A stretch of 64,000 bases of DNA, from the NCBI GenBank assembly GCA_951406725.2, contig OX597819.1, positions 22,444,001 to 22,508,000 of the forward strand, in the 5' to 3' direction. The notes below the pieces were generated by a model, which ran no database searches, was not told where the DNA came from, and saw only the letters and a program-made list of their open reading frames with translations. This document shows positions 1-12,919 of this stretch, one piece after another. A program made the position numbers and the translations under genes. Numbering within the stretch: the stretch's first letter is position 1; the number at the start of each line of letters is the position of its first letter. Source of the stretch: Octopus vulgaris. Taxonomy: Eukaryota.

Positions 1-48
1 ATTGCAGCAAGTTGGATGGTGAAATGATAATAAATACAACACGATTGT
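1..48 (+). CDS. Gene A (secreted Cys-rich paralogue), 3' part of internal coding exon: ...CSKLDGEMIINTTRL
   Basis: Frame from nt 3 aligns with gene B exon 39701-39839 (CTWVNGELAVNQLSL). Ends at the same phase-1 donor T|GTAAGTTGACA, and the next ~130 nt of intron match the reverse complement of ~39570-39700. Truncated by the window edge. Confidence 0.8.
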
Positions 49-384
49 GTAAGTTGACATAAAAATTTTCATTTCCTCTCTTCACTACGTGTTTTGATGT
101 AACAAAGTTCCAACGAAGGTTTATATTAGCTTCGTTTTGAATACGATATACGTTGTTCGGTAACTGTTAATTACTGTCCTTCTGCCAGCATTAATTGTGA
201 GTTTAATGGACCCTAGCTCCCACACAGTTATACCAACCTCAGTAAACGACGGATTCTTAGATGATTGAACTTAATTGACGAAATGTAACGTAATATAAAC
301 CAACAAAGTAGGGCTAGATGTGAGTGCGTAAAGAAATGTATCTAAATGACGCAAAGCATTTTGGAAGGCGCACTAACTTTTCTG

Positions 385-570
385 GTAGGCTGGTAGAATC
401 TTTAGCACGTTAAACAAAATGCTTAGCGGCATTTCTCCCGGATCCTGAACTTATATACCGCTAAGTTCAACTTTAACTTTTACTCCGTCAAGGTCGAAAA
501 TTGAGGTACTAGTTAAATACTGCAATCGCTGAAATTTACTGGTTGCATCCCCTCAAAAATTGCTCGAATG
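385..570 (+). mobile_element. Old tRNA-derived SINE remnant
   Basis: Similar to the SINE at 5722-5923 (GCTGGYAGAA..TTAGCACG..AAATGCTTAGCGGCATTTC head). Confidence 0.5.
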
Positions 571-805
571 AAAACCTGTAACGGATATATCGCCCTTTCA
601 CGGTGATCTTGGTAATTTAAATGCCATGGAAACAGGGTAACCGGTGTTATGAATCCTTAGGCTAAAGACAAATAGAATAAATGTTTCTTATATTTCAATG
701 CTTATCTTGAATTATAAGTTACCTGCCTAGAATGTTTGAAAGAATGAGCTTTTTTGAGAATTTTAAATCTATATTTTTATCTGTAGGTATCATCAGTTAA
801 CATCA

Positions 806-2060
806 GCACGAGGTTCCGCTCAAAAGGTCGTAGGCTTACTAAGATATATCCTCCTGGAATGTGAACAAATGAAGTTGGTTTCCCAACATAGTTCCCCTTT
901 CCATCAACACACTTATTCCATCGCTGCTGCAGTCATTGGATCCCATTGCTGAAAAAGCTTTTAGTCTTTTGGTCCAAAAGCCATCAACAACATACATGAT
1001 AGCACTTATCTACACAGCGATATGTTTTTACTTCATGTTGGAGAAGAGGTGAAAGTCGGATGGGGCGAAAATGGGGGAATAGGGAGGATGATCAACCAGT
1101 TCAAGGCCACATTCACAAGAGCCATTAAATGCTATGACTTGTGTGTTGGAGCAATATCCTGATGAATCATGTCCACTTTCTTCAACTTTCTTTGGGCTGA
1201 AGTCTTGATAGCCTTTCGTAACCATCTCAACAAGTTGGCCTAGTACTCTCCATCAATGTTGTGTCCCTTTTGATGATAATAAATAAAATTCTTGACATTT
1301 GCATTCCCAAATTTGAAGATTTCTCCTCCTTTGCAGATGAAAAAACGTTGTCATATTTGGAGTAGGCAACGTTGGGTGTCTCCACAAAGCGGATTTTTTG
1401 TTGTTGCCTCATGCATTGTCTCATTATCTCCCCAAGTACTGAACCCAATACTACTCCTGGGTCAGGAAACGTTCAAAGAAACCAGCTGGGTGTGCCTCTA
1501 ATAATATCATATTTTCCTGTGATGATATGAGCCGGACCGACCAGATATCTTTTTTCCTGCAAAGTCCATCACGCAGAATATGCTCAAATCTCTCATGGTG
1601 AATGCGAATAGCATTGTTTATTTGAGTTATAGTCATTTGGCATTTAACCATCAGCATGTGGTGGACACAATCAATGTTTTCCTCGGTAATGGCAGCTGCA
1701 GGATCATCTTTACTGTTCTCTGTTACCCTCCTAAGTTCAGCTCACCACTTTTGTACTGTAAGTTGATAAAACATGGATGGTTATCCACTAATGTAAGAAT
1801 TGCTGGATTACCATGGAGGCTAAACCTTTTCTTCTGCAAGAACTTGATACTAGATTTTATCCATGTTCAAAAGAAGTCTCGACTTGTGAAAGTCTTCTTT
1901 GAATAGTCAGATGAGAGTTGACTTGAACGCCAAAGAAACAACAAAACAAACAGTTCACTCATTATTATGAAAAGTTGAAATGGATGCATGCAAAACTTCA
2001 TTTCGACCCGTCCAGCTATTGTGTTTCATTGACTTTGAAGTCTGGATCTTATGAGGTATA
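806..2060 (-). mobile_element. Decayed mariner-family DNA transposon
   Basis: Fragmented transposase: LVDHPPYSPIFAPSDFHLFSNMK (YSPDLAPSD motif), C-terminal QRWNKCVDGKGNYV, HTH region ITQINNAIRIHHERFEHIL; stops and frameshifts; boundaries approximate. Confidence 0.85.
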
Positions 2061-2449
2061 TTGATAAAGTTGTGATTCACTAAAGATCTTCAGTGTTGAC
2101 TTATAAGATCTTCAATGTTATATATCCTTCTTATTATTTTATTCATTCCCTAATCAAGTAGATCCAGTATAAGTATGCCATGTCTGTGGATGACGACAGA
2201 TATACTAAACTGTGCAGGCGCTCTACCTAACATTTAAACACACTAATCGATTATATCTAATCGACTATATCTATTCGTCCGAAATATTTAGCTTATATAT
2301 ATATATATATATATATATACATGTGTTAGTTTAACTCTCCGGAAGTGAGAAAGTCTTTTACGTTTCGCGCCCACGCTCTTCGACAGAGAGGAACACAGAA
2401 ATAAACAGGGAGAGAAAGTAGCAAAAGGTTTAGTGGCTAGCGATATATC

Positions 2450-2514
<65 letters not shown>

Positions 2515-3755
2515 GTTAGATAGATAGATAGATAGCTTGATTGCTAGAAATAAGTTGAGGCAATCATTCAAGAAGAGATCAAGGATTAGTTACAATTGTT
2601 TCTGCACCAAATCTCCTTGCAACTCCAGTTAACGCAATAATCGAAATGAAGATATACGCAGTATTTGCGCTTTTAGACATTAGTGTGGCACATCACAAGT
2701 CTTGCATCAAAGATGCGCCCTTACATTGTATGTCTCCACATCATTTTATTTATTAATTTACATATTTTTGTTTATATTGAGAAAAAGTAAAAAATGTATT
2801 CTTAGAACGGTCAGTCAGTACAACATCGTTACCGGTACCCAATAACATTATAACATTTCATGGGTGTATAATTATTTTAATTTACCTGAAGAGATAACGC
2901 TAGGCAGACACAAGGACATACATATTCATATACACATGCATCTAAACACACACATACATACACGCATATATATATATATATATATATGCAGATATACACA
3001 AACATGTATATATGTACACACACATACATACACACATATTTATATAAGTATATGCAGATATACACAAATAGGTACATATGTACAAACACATGCATACATA
3101 CAAAAACGCATGTATATATACACACACACATGAGCACATCCTCATTTACACATAAGTACTTACATGCATACACATAGCAGAATACAAATATATTTAGACA
3201 TTTATATGTATAAATATTTGTATAGTATCAATAATACAGTGATTGTTTCTTATTAGGAATAAAATGTTTAATAGGACTGCTATAGAAGTGCTCAATTGAA
3301 TGAGACAAATATATCAAACTAAGGTTACAGAACAAACAAACAAATGCAGGGTCATCCACATAACATTTCATATCTCGAACATTTAATCATATAATATACA
3401 TTTATGATATCACAGAAGATGAAACATACCTCATCTGTACAAGCATATCAGAAAGTCCGTATATGTATATATACAGTCATACATTTGCTTCCCTCATACA
3501 ACCACATGTATATATATATATATATATGTTCGAATCTCAGACGGAGTGACGTGTGTGTTTATGAGGGAAACATCCAAGCTCCACGCAGATCACGCAGAAA
3601 GTAATGGCGAAATTCTGCTGAGTGTTTCGCCGCAACATTCTCTCCCTCGTTCCTCCTACATCTAGTAGGTCACTTGCGACAGACTTGCCTCCAGTCCAGG
3701 TGGGGACCTATACCCCAACGACACCGAAAAACCGGCCCTAATGAGCCAGGCATTA

Positions 3756-3839
<84 letters not shown>

Positions 3840-3848
3840 TGTGTGTTT

Positions 3849-3879
<31 letters not shown>

Positions 3880-4021
3880 AGTGTGTGTGTGTGTAGGGAA
3901 GCAGAGTTAGCGGTTGGAATAAGTATATCAATTACCTAAGTTAACTCGGGGCATGGGTATGCAAGCAAACTATGCTCATATGGTACAGGTAATAACAGAA
4001 TAAACAAAAGTTTATAAGGAA

Positions 4022-4420
4022 TCAAACTTAAAATATGCAGAAAATGGAGAAAACTTTTCATCAACAAACAAACAAATTAACCAACATCGGTTACTTATTA
4101 TTTAATACAAAAAACTTTAACATTGTTTACGGACGTTTCGACTACCAATGTCAGTTGGTACCTACAAAGAAAATTCCGAAAATAGTATTTGTCCTCCTTA
4201 TAGCATGTTCTACTCTGATGAAACTCTATGTACTAGATCAGATGTGCTATAAAGATGATGAATATTATTTTCGGAATTTTGTTTGTAGGCACCGACTTAT
4301 ATTGGTAGCCGAAACGGCCGTAAGTAATGTTAAGTTTTGTATTAAAAGATAATTAACCGATGCTGGTCAATTTCTTTGTTCGTTGGTCAAAAAGCTTCTC
4401 CATGTTCTGCTTATTTTTAG

Positions 4421-4424
<4 letters not shown>
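4022..4424. repeat. Imperfect fold-back (inverted repeat) of a PLE terminus with decayed hammerhead motif
   Basis: ~4022-4210 is the reverse complement of ~4240-4424 with mismatches; TACT-CTGATGA...GAAAC-GGCC-GTA-AGTA at 4211-4325. Confidence 0.7.
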
Positions 4425-4459
<35 letters not shown>

Positions 4460-4608
4460 TCGGTTAAGTAATTGAGATTCTAGTGAATTCTAAAGAATTC
4501 ACATGAATATGGTCCTTAACTAGGATGCACCGGAAATCTATATGGTGTTAACCATACGACAAATGGGGTGATTACAAATAGGAAAAAAGCAACAAGAATG
4601 GATTAAAA

Positions 4609-4697
4609 TCTTGGTACGATCGTTTCGTACGCGGACATCTTTAATAAGCTACAAAAAAATGCAGTGAATACAGATGGCTCGTACTCGTCAGCCGAAA
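4609..4697 (-). ncRNA. Type I hammerhead ribozyme (left-arm copy)
   Basis: Reverse complement TTTCGG-CTGACGA-GTACG...CGTAC-GAAAC-GATC-GTA-CCAAGA; one mismatch in stem I. Confidence 0.75.
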
Positions 4698-5257
4698 AAA
4701 CATCAGAGAATTCCCAAACATCAAAAGGGGTAGATACAAAAGAGGTTGTAAGATTAGCTGTATTGAAGAAAGTTCGATTCATGGAGATCCGATGAAAGGT
4801 TTTAAACCTATAGAATTTATGCATGTCTACATATAGCTCATATTGAATATTTGATCAAGTTGTGTGAAGAAATTTTCGGATACAGTCATGCAAAATTTCT
4901 GAAAATCCGAGTAAGAGGCAAAGTGACTGCCATATCATGTAGAGGAAAGTCTGAGTAGACTTTCCTCTACATGATATGGCAGTCACTTTGCCTCTTACTC
5001 GGATTTTCAGAAATTTTGCATGACTGTATCCGAAAATTTCTTCACACAACTTGATCAAATATTCAATATGAGCTATATGTAGACATGCATAAATTCTATA
5101 GGTTTAAAACCTTTCATCGGATCTCCATGAATCGAACTTTCTTCAATGCAGCTAATCTTACAACCTCTTTTGTATCTACCCCTTTTCCTCAATGCAGCTA
5201 ATCTTACAACCTCTTTTGTATCTACCCCTTTTGATGTTTGGGAATTCTCTGATGTTT

Positions 5258-5345
5258 TTTCGGCTGACGAGTACGAGCCATCTGTATTCACTGCATTTTT
5301 TGTAGCTTATTAAAGATGTCCTCGTACGAAACGATCGTACCGAGA
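5258..5345 (+). ncRNA. Type I hammerhead ribozyme (canonical, dimer-type stem III)
   Basis: Stem I TTTCGG/CCGAGA, core CTGACGA, stem II GTACGAG/CTCGTAC (extended by CATCT/AGATG), GAAA, palindromic stem III ACGATCGT, GUA cleavage triplet ending at 5339. Confidence 0.88.
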
Positions 5346-5424
5346 TTTTAATCCATTCTTGTTGCTTTTTTTCCTATTTATATATACACATATATACAAT
5401 ATATATAAATATATATAAATATAT

Positions 5425-5646
5425 ATACATAAATATTCCAGGAATTTCATTAAACTTGAATATTTTTTTCTATCTCTGAATTATTTTTCTGGAGTATAAA
5501 AAACTTACTTCAGTATCTTGTATACTTTGCTTTTCAGCAAAGCCCGACTTCATCGTCAACCAGCAGTCCAATATCAAGCTTTTCAGTTTTCTGCTTTGTT
5601 TCCTTCTTATGCGTCCTCACGCCACTTGCTTCTATTCCCTTATACT
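5425..5646. repeat. Dispersed repeat fragment, direct copy at ~36885-37120
   Basis: Shared CATAAATAYTCCAGGAATTT...CGTCAACCAGCAG.TCCAATATCAAGCTTTTCAGTTT...CTATTCCCTTATACT. Confidence 0.7.
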
Positions 5647-5721
5647 TAATTGTAATCGACTTACCCGGTTACCTGAAATCGCTGACCTTTTGTCAAAGAT
5701 TTAGCCCAGTAAAGGCATAAT

Positions 5722-5923
5722 ACTCTAGGCACAAAGCCCGAAATTTTGTGGGAGAGGCCAGTCGATTAGAGCGACTCCAGTACCCAACAGGTACCTAATT
5801 TGTCAAGCCCGAAATATGAAAGCAAAGTCGACCTCGGCGGAATTTGAACTCAGAACATAAAGACAGACGAAATACCACTACGCATTTTACCAGTCGTGCT
5901 ACCGTTTCGGCCAGCTCCCCGCT
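5722..5923 (-). mobile_element. tRNA-derived SINE
   Basis: Reverse complement begins GCGGGGAGCTGGCCGAAACGGTAGCACG and has B-box-like GAGTTCAAATTCC; related fragments at 385-570, 19630-19798, 51597-51728. Confidence 0.7.
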
Positions 5924-5995
5924 TTAGTATAGACGCAATTTTGTCATAGAAATAGTTGTAATAGAATAATCAATATATTTTCTTATCAACAACAG

Positions 5996-6146
5996 ATTGT
6001 TTGATGCATAATGGAAAATGTGCCGCTCGAAGCACAAAATGGGCTGTCATCTCGGACACCGGGACTTGCTATATTTACACCTGCACCTATAAAGGAATTT
6101 TAAGCGTTAGAGCCGTGAAGAAAAATGTCGGAAAATGTTTACCTGA
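5996..6146 (+). CDS. Gene A coding exon: (Y)CLMHNGKCAARSTKWAVISDTGTCYIYTCTYKGILSVRAVKKNVGKCLP
   Basis: Acceptor TTTTCTTATCAACAACAG|, donor |GTGAGT, 151 nt, open in the frame set by the upstream phase-1 intron; same length, phases and all Cys/Trp conserved with gene B exon 29454-29604. Confidence 0.88.
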
Positions 6147-6241
6147 GTGAGTATATATCCGAAGTTATTTAATTTTGCCCATATATTACATTTTCTCACT
6201 ATCATTGTTACGTTGTCCTTGTAACAACATTTCCTCTTCAG

Positions 6242-6257
6242 TTCTAAATTTAGTTAG
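6242..6257 (+). CDS. Gene A terminal coding exon: (D)SKFS*
   Basis: 95-nt intron ending TTTCCTCTTCAG|, acceptor shared with gene B; TAG at 6255-6257. Confidence 0.6.
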
Positions 6258-6561
6258 CTCAAACTTAGAAATGAAAATACAAATCTTAGCATTTCCAGCT
6301 GAAAGTTAATACTGTTAAAATTCTTATTGTTTTAATGTTTAGAATATGTCTGTGTTTTTCTTTTTTTCTTTTTGTCAGGGGAGCCCTTACCAAACTGTTT
6401 TCTATTTCTTAAGTAGAATATGACTGTTGCACTCTTGAATGGCTTAGATGACCAAATGGACAACTGTACTTATTTGTTTTTAAATATACTTCTTATTCCA
6501 TCTGGTTAATTCGTGGAATATAAAATACATAATCAAACACACACACGCACACATATTTGTC

Positions 6562-6619
<58 letters not shown>

Positions 6620-6754
6620 ATATTTCGGAATGGTCATATTGCCAGTTTAGCCAATAAAAACACACGCACTATATATTTGGTGTTATTTTGCTTCAGTGTT
6701 ATTTATTTTTTACATTAATCTTAATCTTATTTCGTCACACTCCTATATTTAAAA

Positions 6755-6852
<98 letters not shown>

Positions 6853-7838
6853 ATGTATATGTATATATAAGAAATAATTAAGGCTCTGTTGCATTAGGTA
6901 CTTAAGTTCAGGCACCAAGTCAGTCCGATATTATCTGCACAGTTCGAAGTAAGGTGAATTAGAAGCAAATAAGTAACAAGAATGTCAAGCTATTAGTGCA
7001 TTACAGCCGTTTCAGGCGGCTCCATTTAATCGATCAATGCAAGCATCACATAAATTTGAAAAATACCGTCTTCCACGGATACAACAAACAGGATATTCCA
7101 TTACAATTTTTTTAGTAAATTTTCCATCACAACTAGAGTACAAAAGAATTACATGCTTGTTGCTATTATTGTGATAGAATGAATTTATGGAGAAAATATC
7201 CCAACTATAATTTGGAGTGGCAGAAGAGAATGACAATGGGGGTCATGAGATGGTAATATAGCTACATTTATCTATCTCCTTATCACCCTCAAAATCTCTA
7301 ATGCAGCTAATATTCCACGTCCACTAAGAATTAAAACGACTGAGAATTGAGAGTCACGTTCTAGTTGCCGATGATAAATTAATTAATGTCAGATATTCTT
7401 CCCTACCCGTAATATACTGTGGCTATATAATTGCTATAAAGGAACAAGTCTCAGAAGATGTCAGTAAGACACGTGTATATCCCCAGAAAGAGGGAGGGTG
7501 ATGGGGACAGAAACTATCTTAATATTATCAGTTGGAAGGAGCCTAAAATAGAAGAGAAAGGAGGTCACAATGAAATCTACATAGGCATTTAGGGTAAAGG
7601 GGGAAATTTATATCCAAAACTTAGCAACACTTATATATCATTAGTTTTATAATCCGTATATATATAAAATTTTATATGGCAATACTCTCACACTCTAGGA
7701 GTGTCATCATGTAATTCCGCATTGTGTCTCAGTACTCGAAGTATAACAGTAAAACCTTCGACGAAGTAATTTATAAATGGTTTCTCTTTAACACTGTTTC
7801 AGTTTTATCCTTTCACATTTAATAGATTTACTATGCAT

Positions 7839-7871
<33 letters not shown>

Positions 7872-8554
7872 CATATATGCGTGTACATATATGTATGTAT
7901 ATATGGATATATATATATATATACATGTATGTATAATGTATATATGTATAAATATATATAATTATGTATGTGTAAATATATGTAAATATGTATGAATGTA
8001 TATGTATATATATGTGCATATGTGTATGAGTGTATATATCTCTCATAGTGTGTGTGTCTTTCTGCATTACGTGCGCTGATATCCACATACACATATCTAC
8101 ACATACGTTTACATATGTAACGACATGCGTGAATGTATGACTTTGTGAGGTTATCTTAGTATACGCATTTCAGTATATGTCAGGCACATTTTATACCACA
8201 ACGATGACGACGACGTCACATTCTCTATATGAGTGTACACCCGTCTGTGCGAGTATGCGTGTGTGTCTAGGTGGCTGCTTGTTCCCGCATTACGTACGTT
8301 ATTAAACGTACAAACAACATCTACACATACATATGCATATGTTACGACTGACATGTATGTGAGATCTAGAATTGAAACTCTTGAAAAAAATCAAATGAGG
8401 TGGCAAGGTCCCAGGTATACATAAATATACCCATTTACTGTTCCATTATCAGTTAGTAATTATCGCAGGTGTTGAAGGGCTGCAAGGTGTTTGCAATTAC
8501 ATATCTACATTGACATTAAAAAAAACATTATCCTATATATATATATATATATAT

Positions 8555-8873
8555 AATAAAATATTAGGGAATAAATCCAAACTTACAGGGAAAAATCAGA
8601 TTTAGGATTAAATCCAATTTTATAGAAAAATATTATATTGTTAAACCACGCTAAGATAAATATTTCAATTACCTGGAGATTGACTGTAACCATAACTCGA
8701 ATTATTACGAATTGGACAGCCATGAAACGATCGTAGTGTTTTACTCATTATCTTTTATTAAACTTTTAATACTTTTGATATATATTTAAAATAATATTAA
8801 TTAATTAATTTTATGTATTGGCTTATGTTTTTCATTGTTTGATTTGCCTAATAGTGGTTTTAACTCTAATTTA

Positions 8874-8880
<7 letters not shown>
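8555..8880 (+). mobile_element. PLE 3'-terminal fragment between (TA)n tracts
   Basis: 8660-8880 matches 35290-35680 of the large PLE; hammerhead-like ATTAC-CTGGAGA...GAAAC-GATC-GTA-GTG at 8668-8740. Confidence 0.75.
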
Positions 8881-8931
<51 letters not shown>

Positions 8932-9029
8932 CCTTTGTCCCACTGTCATAACTATTGTTGCATTTTCAATTGAATTAGCAACTCCATACATGTGCTTCTA
9001 TTTCTTGCATTTGTTTATATTTCGTTAAT

Positions 9030-9705
9030 TTACACTGCAGAAAAAATACAGACTTATAATATACTTACTATGTGATAAGTCATTTTGCCTTATTCTTTCA
9101 AGTAATTCAATCCAACATATTCGCACGTGACTGCATAGGCTCACTTTATGTTTCTTATTCTACAGCCACACCAGCAATTCAATGTCAGCGCTTCTGCAGC
9201 AATTCAACAGTTCCCTTCCCTATTGCCGTCTCCCATTGTCACCCATTTCGGGAAAGCACCCATTTATTTATAATGTCTTCATTACACTCCCATTCATTTG
9301 ACGGTCAACCATACGGTTGGTGACCGACTCAAAAGCGAATATATCACTTGATACTTCTTTGGTCATTTCCAAAATTACATACTCTCAATTTCTGGAGCCA
9401 CCGTTGTCATTGGCATACGCTTATTGTCCGATCCCCATATACTGCATTAATATTCCCCGCACTTTCCGTTGCATTGTTGCCTTTATTGAACTCATAAAGT
9501 AAAATATAACGAATATGCTTTCATGTAACTTCCAATGTAGCTTTGGAAAAGTCACTGCTAAAATCGGACTGTACATTTCAAAACTAGAACTGAGAATAGA
9601 TACGGGGTTAAATTACACCGTTTTGATAGAAAGTTCGTGCGGGTGGCTTATCCCACCACCCTCCGACTTTGAAAAAACATGCATTATTTATGGGGTGAGC
9701 CAATA
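9030..9705 (-). mobile_element. Mariner fragment (5' TIR plus transposase N-terminus)
   Basis: Reverse complement reads KHIRYILLYEFNKGNNATESAGNINAVYGDRTISVCQ*QRW (mariner HTH); TIR-like TTGGCTCACCCCATAAATAATGC similar to the element at 17717-18490. Confidence 0.75.
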
Positions 9706-9767
9706 TGTATACACAAACACACCCTAACGCACACACTCACTCACACACACACACACACGCCTATATG

Positions 9768-10926
9768 CAGGGCTTGGACAAAATAATGGAAGCACCTAGC
9801 ATCATAGCATCATAATTTTGAAATATCTATAAAACCGTCAAAAGCTTGTTTACTTTTGTTTTTATTTATTTATTATTACTGTTGCTTAATATGTTTTGCG
9901 GAAATTGCTGTTTCTCTTCAGATATCATTAAAATGACAGATCTATCAGACTTTCAGAAAAGTCAAATTGTTGGTGCTCGTATGGCAGGTGACAGCGTAAC
10001 GAAAACAGCCGAAATGTTTGGTGTATGAAGAAGTATGGTCTCGAAAGTAATGACACCCTTTCTCCGGAAGAAAACTAAAACTTTCAGATACGGACCATAT
10101 TGTTAGAAGGGATCACAAAAGTACAGCTCCCAAAATTACTGCAGAGATTAATGACTACCTCATGAACCCAGTTCGTACAAAAGCTGTTTGCCGGGAACTG
10201 CACAAAGGCGGATTTCACGGGAGGGCTGCAATCAGAAAACCACTATTTTCAAAAACGAACATGGAGTAAAAACCTAAAGAATTGTTCGCTAGTGCAGTGG
10301 ATGAATGTTATTTTCTCGGACAAATCATCCTTTACCTTATTTCCGACGACCGACCGAGTATACATGTGGAGACAGCCAAAAGAAGCATTTGACGCAGACT
10401 GCCTTCTTTCAACTCTTAAGCCAGGAGGAGGATCTCTGATGATCTCGGGGGCTGTATCTTGGAAATCCGCCAGCGCCATGATTTCCATTCATGGCAGAAT
10501 TAACAGACAAGACTATTTAAGCACTTAATCTGATCAAATTCATCATATACTTACTGAAGTGTTTCCGAAGAGAAAAACAGTCTTTCAGGATCATAATACA
10601 CAAATTCACACAGCTGAGGTTGTTACTGAATGGCACGAGGAACCTCTTATCTGGCCACCACAGTCCCCAGATATCAGTATTATCGAAAATTTAAGGGGCA
10701 TGTTAGAAACACAAGTAAAGAATCGATATTCTCCATCATCATTACACAAGAACTGGAGACAATTTTTGCTGAAAATTCGACAAAATTCCTTTGGCAACAA
10801 TTCAAACTTTGTACGAGTCCATACCTCGTAGAATTCAAGCTGTAATTACTACCAAAGGTGGTCCTACACCTTATTAAAATTAATTTGTTTGAATTTTTAA
10901 GGCGTTTCCATTATTTTGTGAGCCCC

Positions 10927-10928
<2 letters not shown>
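9768..10928 (+). mobile_element. Tc1-family DNA transposon, full span, decayed
   Basis: TIRs CAGGGCTTGGACAAAATAATGGAAGCACCT and AGGCGTTTCCATTATTTTGTGAGCCCCGG followed by TA; transposase pieces MTDLSDFQKSQIVGARMAG, WMNVIFSDKSSF, GGGSLMISG, FQDHN, WPPQSPDISIIENL. Confidence 0.92.
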
Positions 10929-10977
<49 letters not shown>

Positions 10978-10981
<4 letters not shown>

Positions 10982-11786
10982 ATAAAACGGTAAGATAACA
11001 AAAGAAAGAAGGAGACCTCAATATTATGTAAATAGAGGAAATTTATCTATACAATATGTTACATTACTCGGTAGTCAAGATAAAACTCTGAGTTTCAGAT
11101 GCCGAAGTGGAAATCCCCAACACCATCTCTTCGGTTATCTGGCTATTTGAAAACGTTATGAAAAAATACCGTTAAATAAAGGGAAATTACTCTGTTATAA
11201 CTCTGCTTGCCTGCGTACTTATACATCGCTCGCATTTTTCGTCATAAAAATTATATAAAAATGCATAAAAAATATATAAAAAATATATTAAAATATATAA
11301 ATTCTTCTTGGGACATAACATAGAAAGCATGTTCTATCTGTTTTCTTTAGGGGATCAAAAACAGAAATTTAGTCACATGTGGGCATGATCCGAAAAGCTC
11401 TGTCCTTGTATTTAGACATGTAGTAGGGTCTAAGCTGCTTTTCCAGATAAGCCATCTCTCCATGTCGCATAGACCGCACCTTTTTGGTCCCCTAAAGAAA
11501 ACAGATAGAAAATGCTTTCTATGTTATGTCCCAAGAAGAATTTATATATTTTTATATATTTTTTATATATTTTTTATGTATTTTTATATAATTTTTATGA
11601 CGAAAAATGCGAGCGATGTATAAGTACGCAGGCAAGCAGAGTTATAACAGAGTAATTTCCCTTTATTTAACGGTATTTTTTCATAACGTTTTCCAATTGC
11701 CAGATAACCGAAGAGATGGTGTTGTGGATTTCCACTTCGGCATCTGAAACTCAGAGTTTTATCTTGACTACCGAGTAATGTAACAT

Positions 11787-11792
<6 letters not shown>
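10978..11792. mobile_element. Truncated PLE with inverted terminal repeat (fold-back)
   Basis: Arms 11050-11361 and 11481-11792; the spacer is the - strand GIY-YIG C-terminus (CGLCDMERWLIWKSSLDPTTCLNTRTELFGSCPH) matching 16370-16490; flanked by (TA)n. Confidence 0.85.
11702..11764 (+). ncRNA. Variant hammerhead-like motif (CCGAAGA core); copies at 11078-11140(-) and 16722-16784(+)
   Basis: Stem I AGATAA/TTATCT, core CCGAAGA, stem II GATG/CATC plus extra T, GAAA, near-palindromic ACTCAGAGT, GUU triplet. Confidence 0.55.
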
Positions 11793-11881
<89 letters not shown>

Positions 11882-11922
11882 CACTCTATCTCCCCCATTT
11901 CTCTCTCTCTCTCTCTCTCTCT

Positions 11923-11962
<40 letters not shown>

Positions 11963-12000
11963 CATACATACATACTTTTTTATATATATATATATATATA

Positions 12001-12498
12001 TTTATATTATATAGAGGGCATTATTACACATAAATGCCACACGCTAGGAGGGACTCTTAAAGTCAAAACTACTAAAATAAATAAACATATCGTACCAAAG
12101 CCAACTCTCGAAGCAAGTAATTTAAAAACAGAATTTAGCGGCATATCACACTGTAATTTCGTAATCAGTGCAGTTGTATACACTTTTCACTCCTCAGTGC
12201 AAGCATAATTCAAGATATACAATGCTGCGTTGCATATGATAGTTGTTCGCCTGCTATGTTGTTTTTGTTTATTCATTATATATCTTGAATTATGCTTGCA
12301 CTGAAGAGTGGAAAGTGCATAAAACTGTCCTGATTATGAAATCACAGTGTGATATGCAGCTAAATTCTGTTTTTAAATGACTTGCTTCGAGAGTTTGGTT
12401 TCGGTACGTTATGTTTATTGATTTTAGTAGTTTTGACTTTAAGAGTCCCTCCTAGCGTGTGGCATTTATGTGTAATAATGCCCTCAATATAATATAAA
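12001..12498. repeat. Fold-back inverted repeat (probable PLE terminus); related fragment at ~37990-38115
   Basis: Arms ~12001-12220 and ~12278-12498 are clearly complementary; contains CTGAAGA...GAAA. Confidence 0.85.
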
Positions 12499-12599
12499 TA
12501 AATATATTTAAGGAAAATAATTGATGGGTTTTTTTTTCTCTTACGAGATTTTTCACGCTAACTACTTGAGAAATTCTTATGAAGATTTTATCCTATTTT

Positions 12600-12630
<31 letters not shown>

Positions 12631-12919
12631 TGCTCTTTTACTCTTTTCAGCTTTAAGAAGAAGTCAGCCGCGGTCATGCTGGTGCACCAACGTATATTAT
12701 ATCTATATATATTATATATGATGATATAATACATATGATGATATTGGCCAGAAGGAATCAGCTCAATCGTCCACTTAAAAGTTTGCAGTCATTTCTGATA
12801 TGTTTGCAGGAAAGATACAGCTCTCTCACCTACATGAAAGTTAGAACCCATTTCGTATTTATGTTCAATACAATCGAAGTGAATAATTTTCAAAATTCAT
12901 ATTAGAATTTTGCTTCAGG

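Larger units (their letters stand above)
4576..5379. repeat. ~800-bp near-perfect palindrome (inverted PLE terminal repeat)
   Basis: Arms 4576-4952 and 4957-5379 with a 4-nt loop GAGT; the right arm carries a 46-bp tandem duplication (from 5143 and 5189) and a few substitutions. Confidence 0.95.

Noticed and set aside
2350-2390. Hammerhead-like GTCGAAGA-GCG..CGC-GAAACGTA on the - strand (similar at ~20490-20522 and 2590-2700)
   Set aside because: The core deviates from CUGANGA and stem I is not convincing; not called as a ribozyme.
2864-3931. Numerous [16 protein letters not shown] ORFs here and across the window
   Set aside because: Translations of (TA)n, (TG)n, (TATG)n and (GATA)n microsatellites that lack stops by composition.
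4603-5291. ORFs within the 800-bp palindrome
   Set aside because: Short, mirror-derived, no recognisable motifs or splice context.
6910-7600. Block conserved with 28300-29010 as a possible extra coding exon (ORF 7012-7236)
   Set aside because: The reading frame is not preserved in the other arm (stop and indels); best explained as duplicated flank or UTR.
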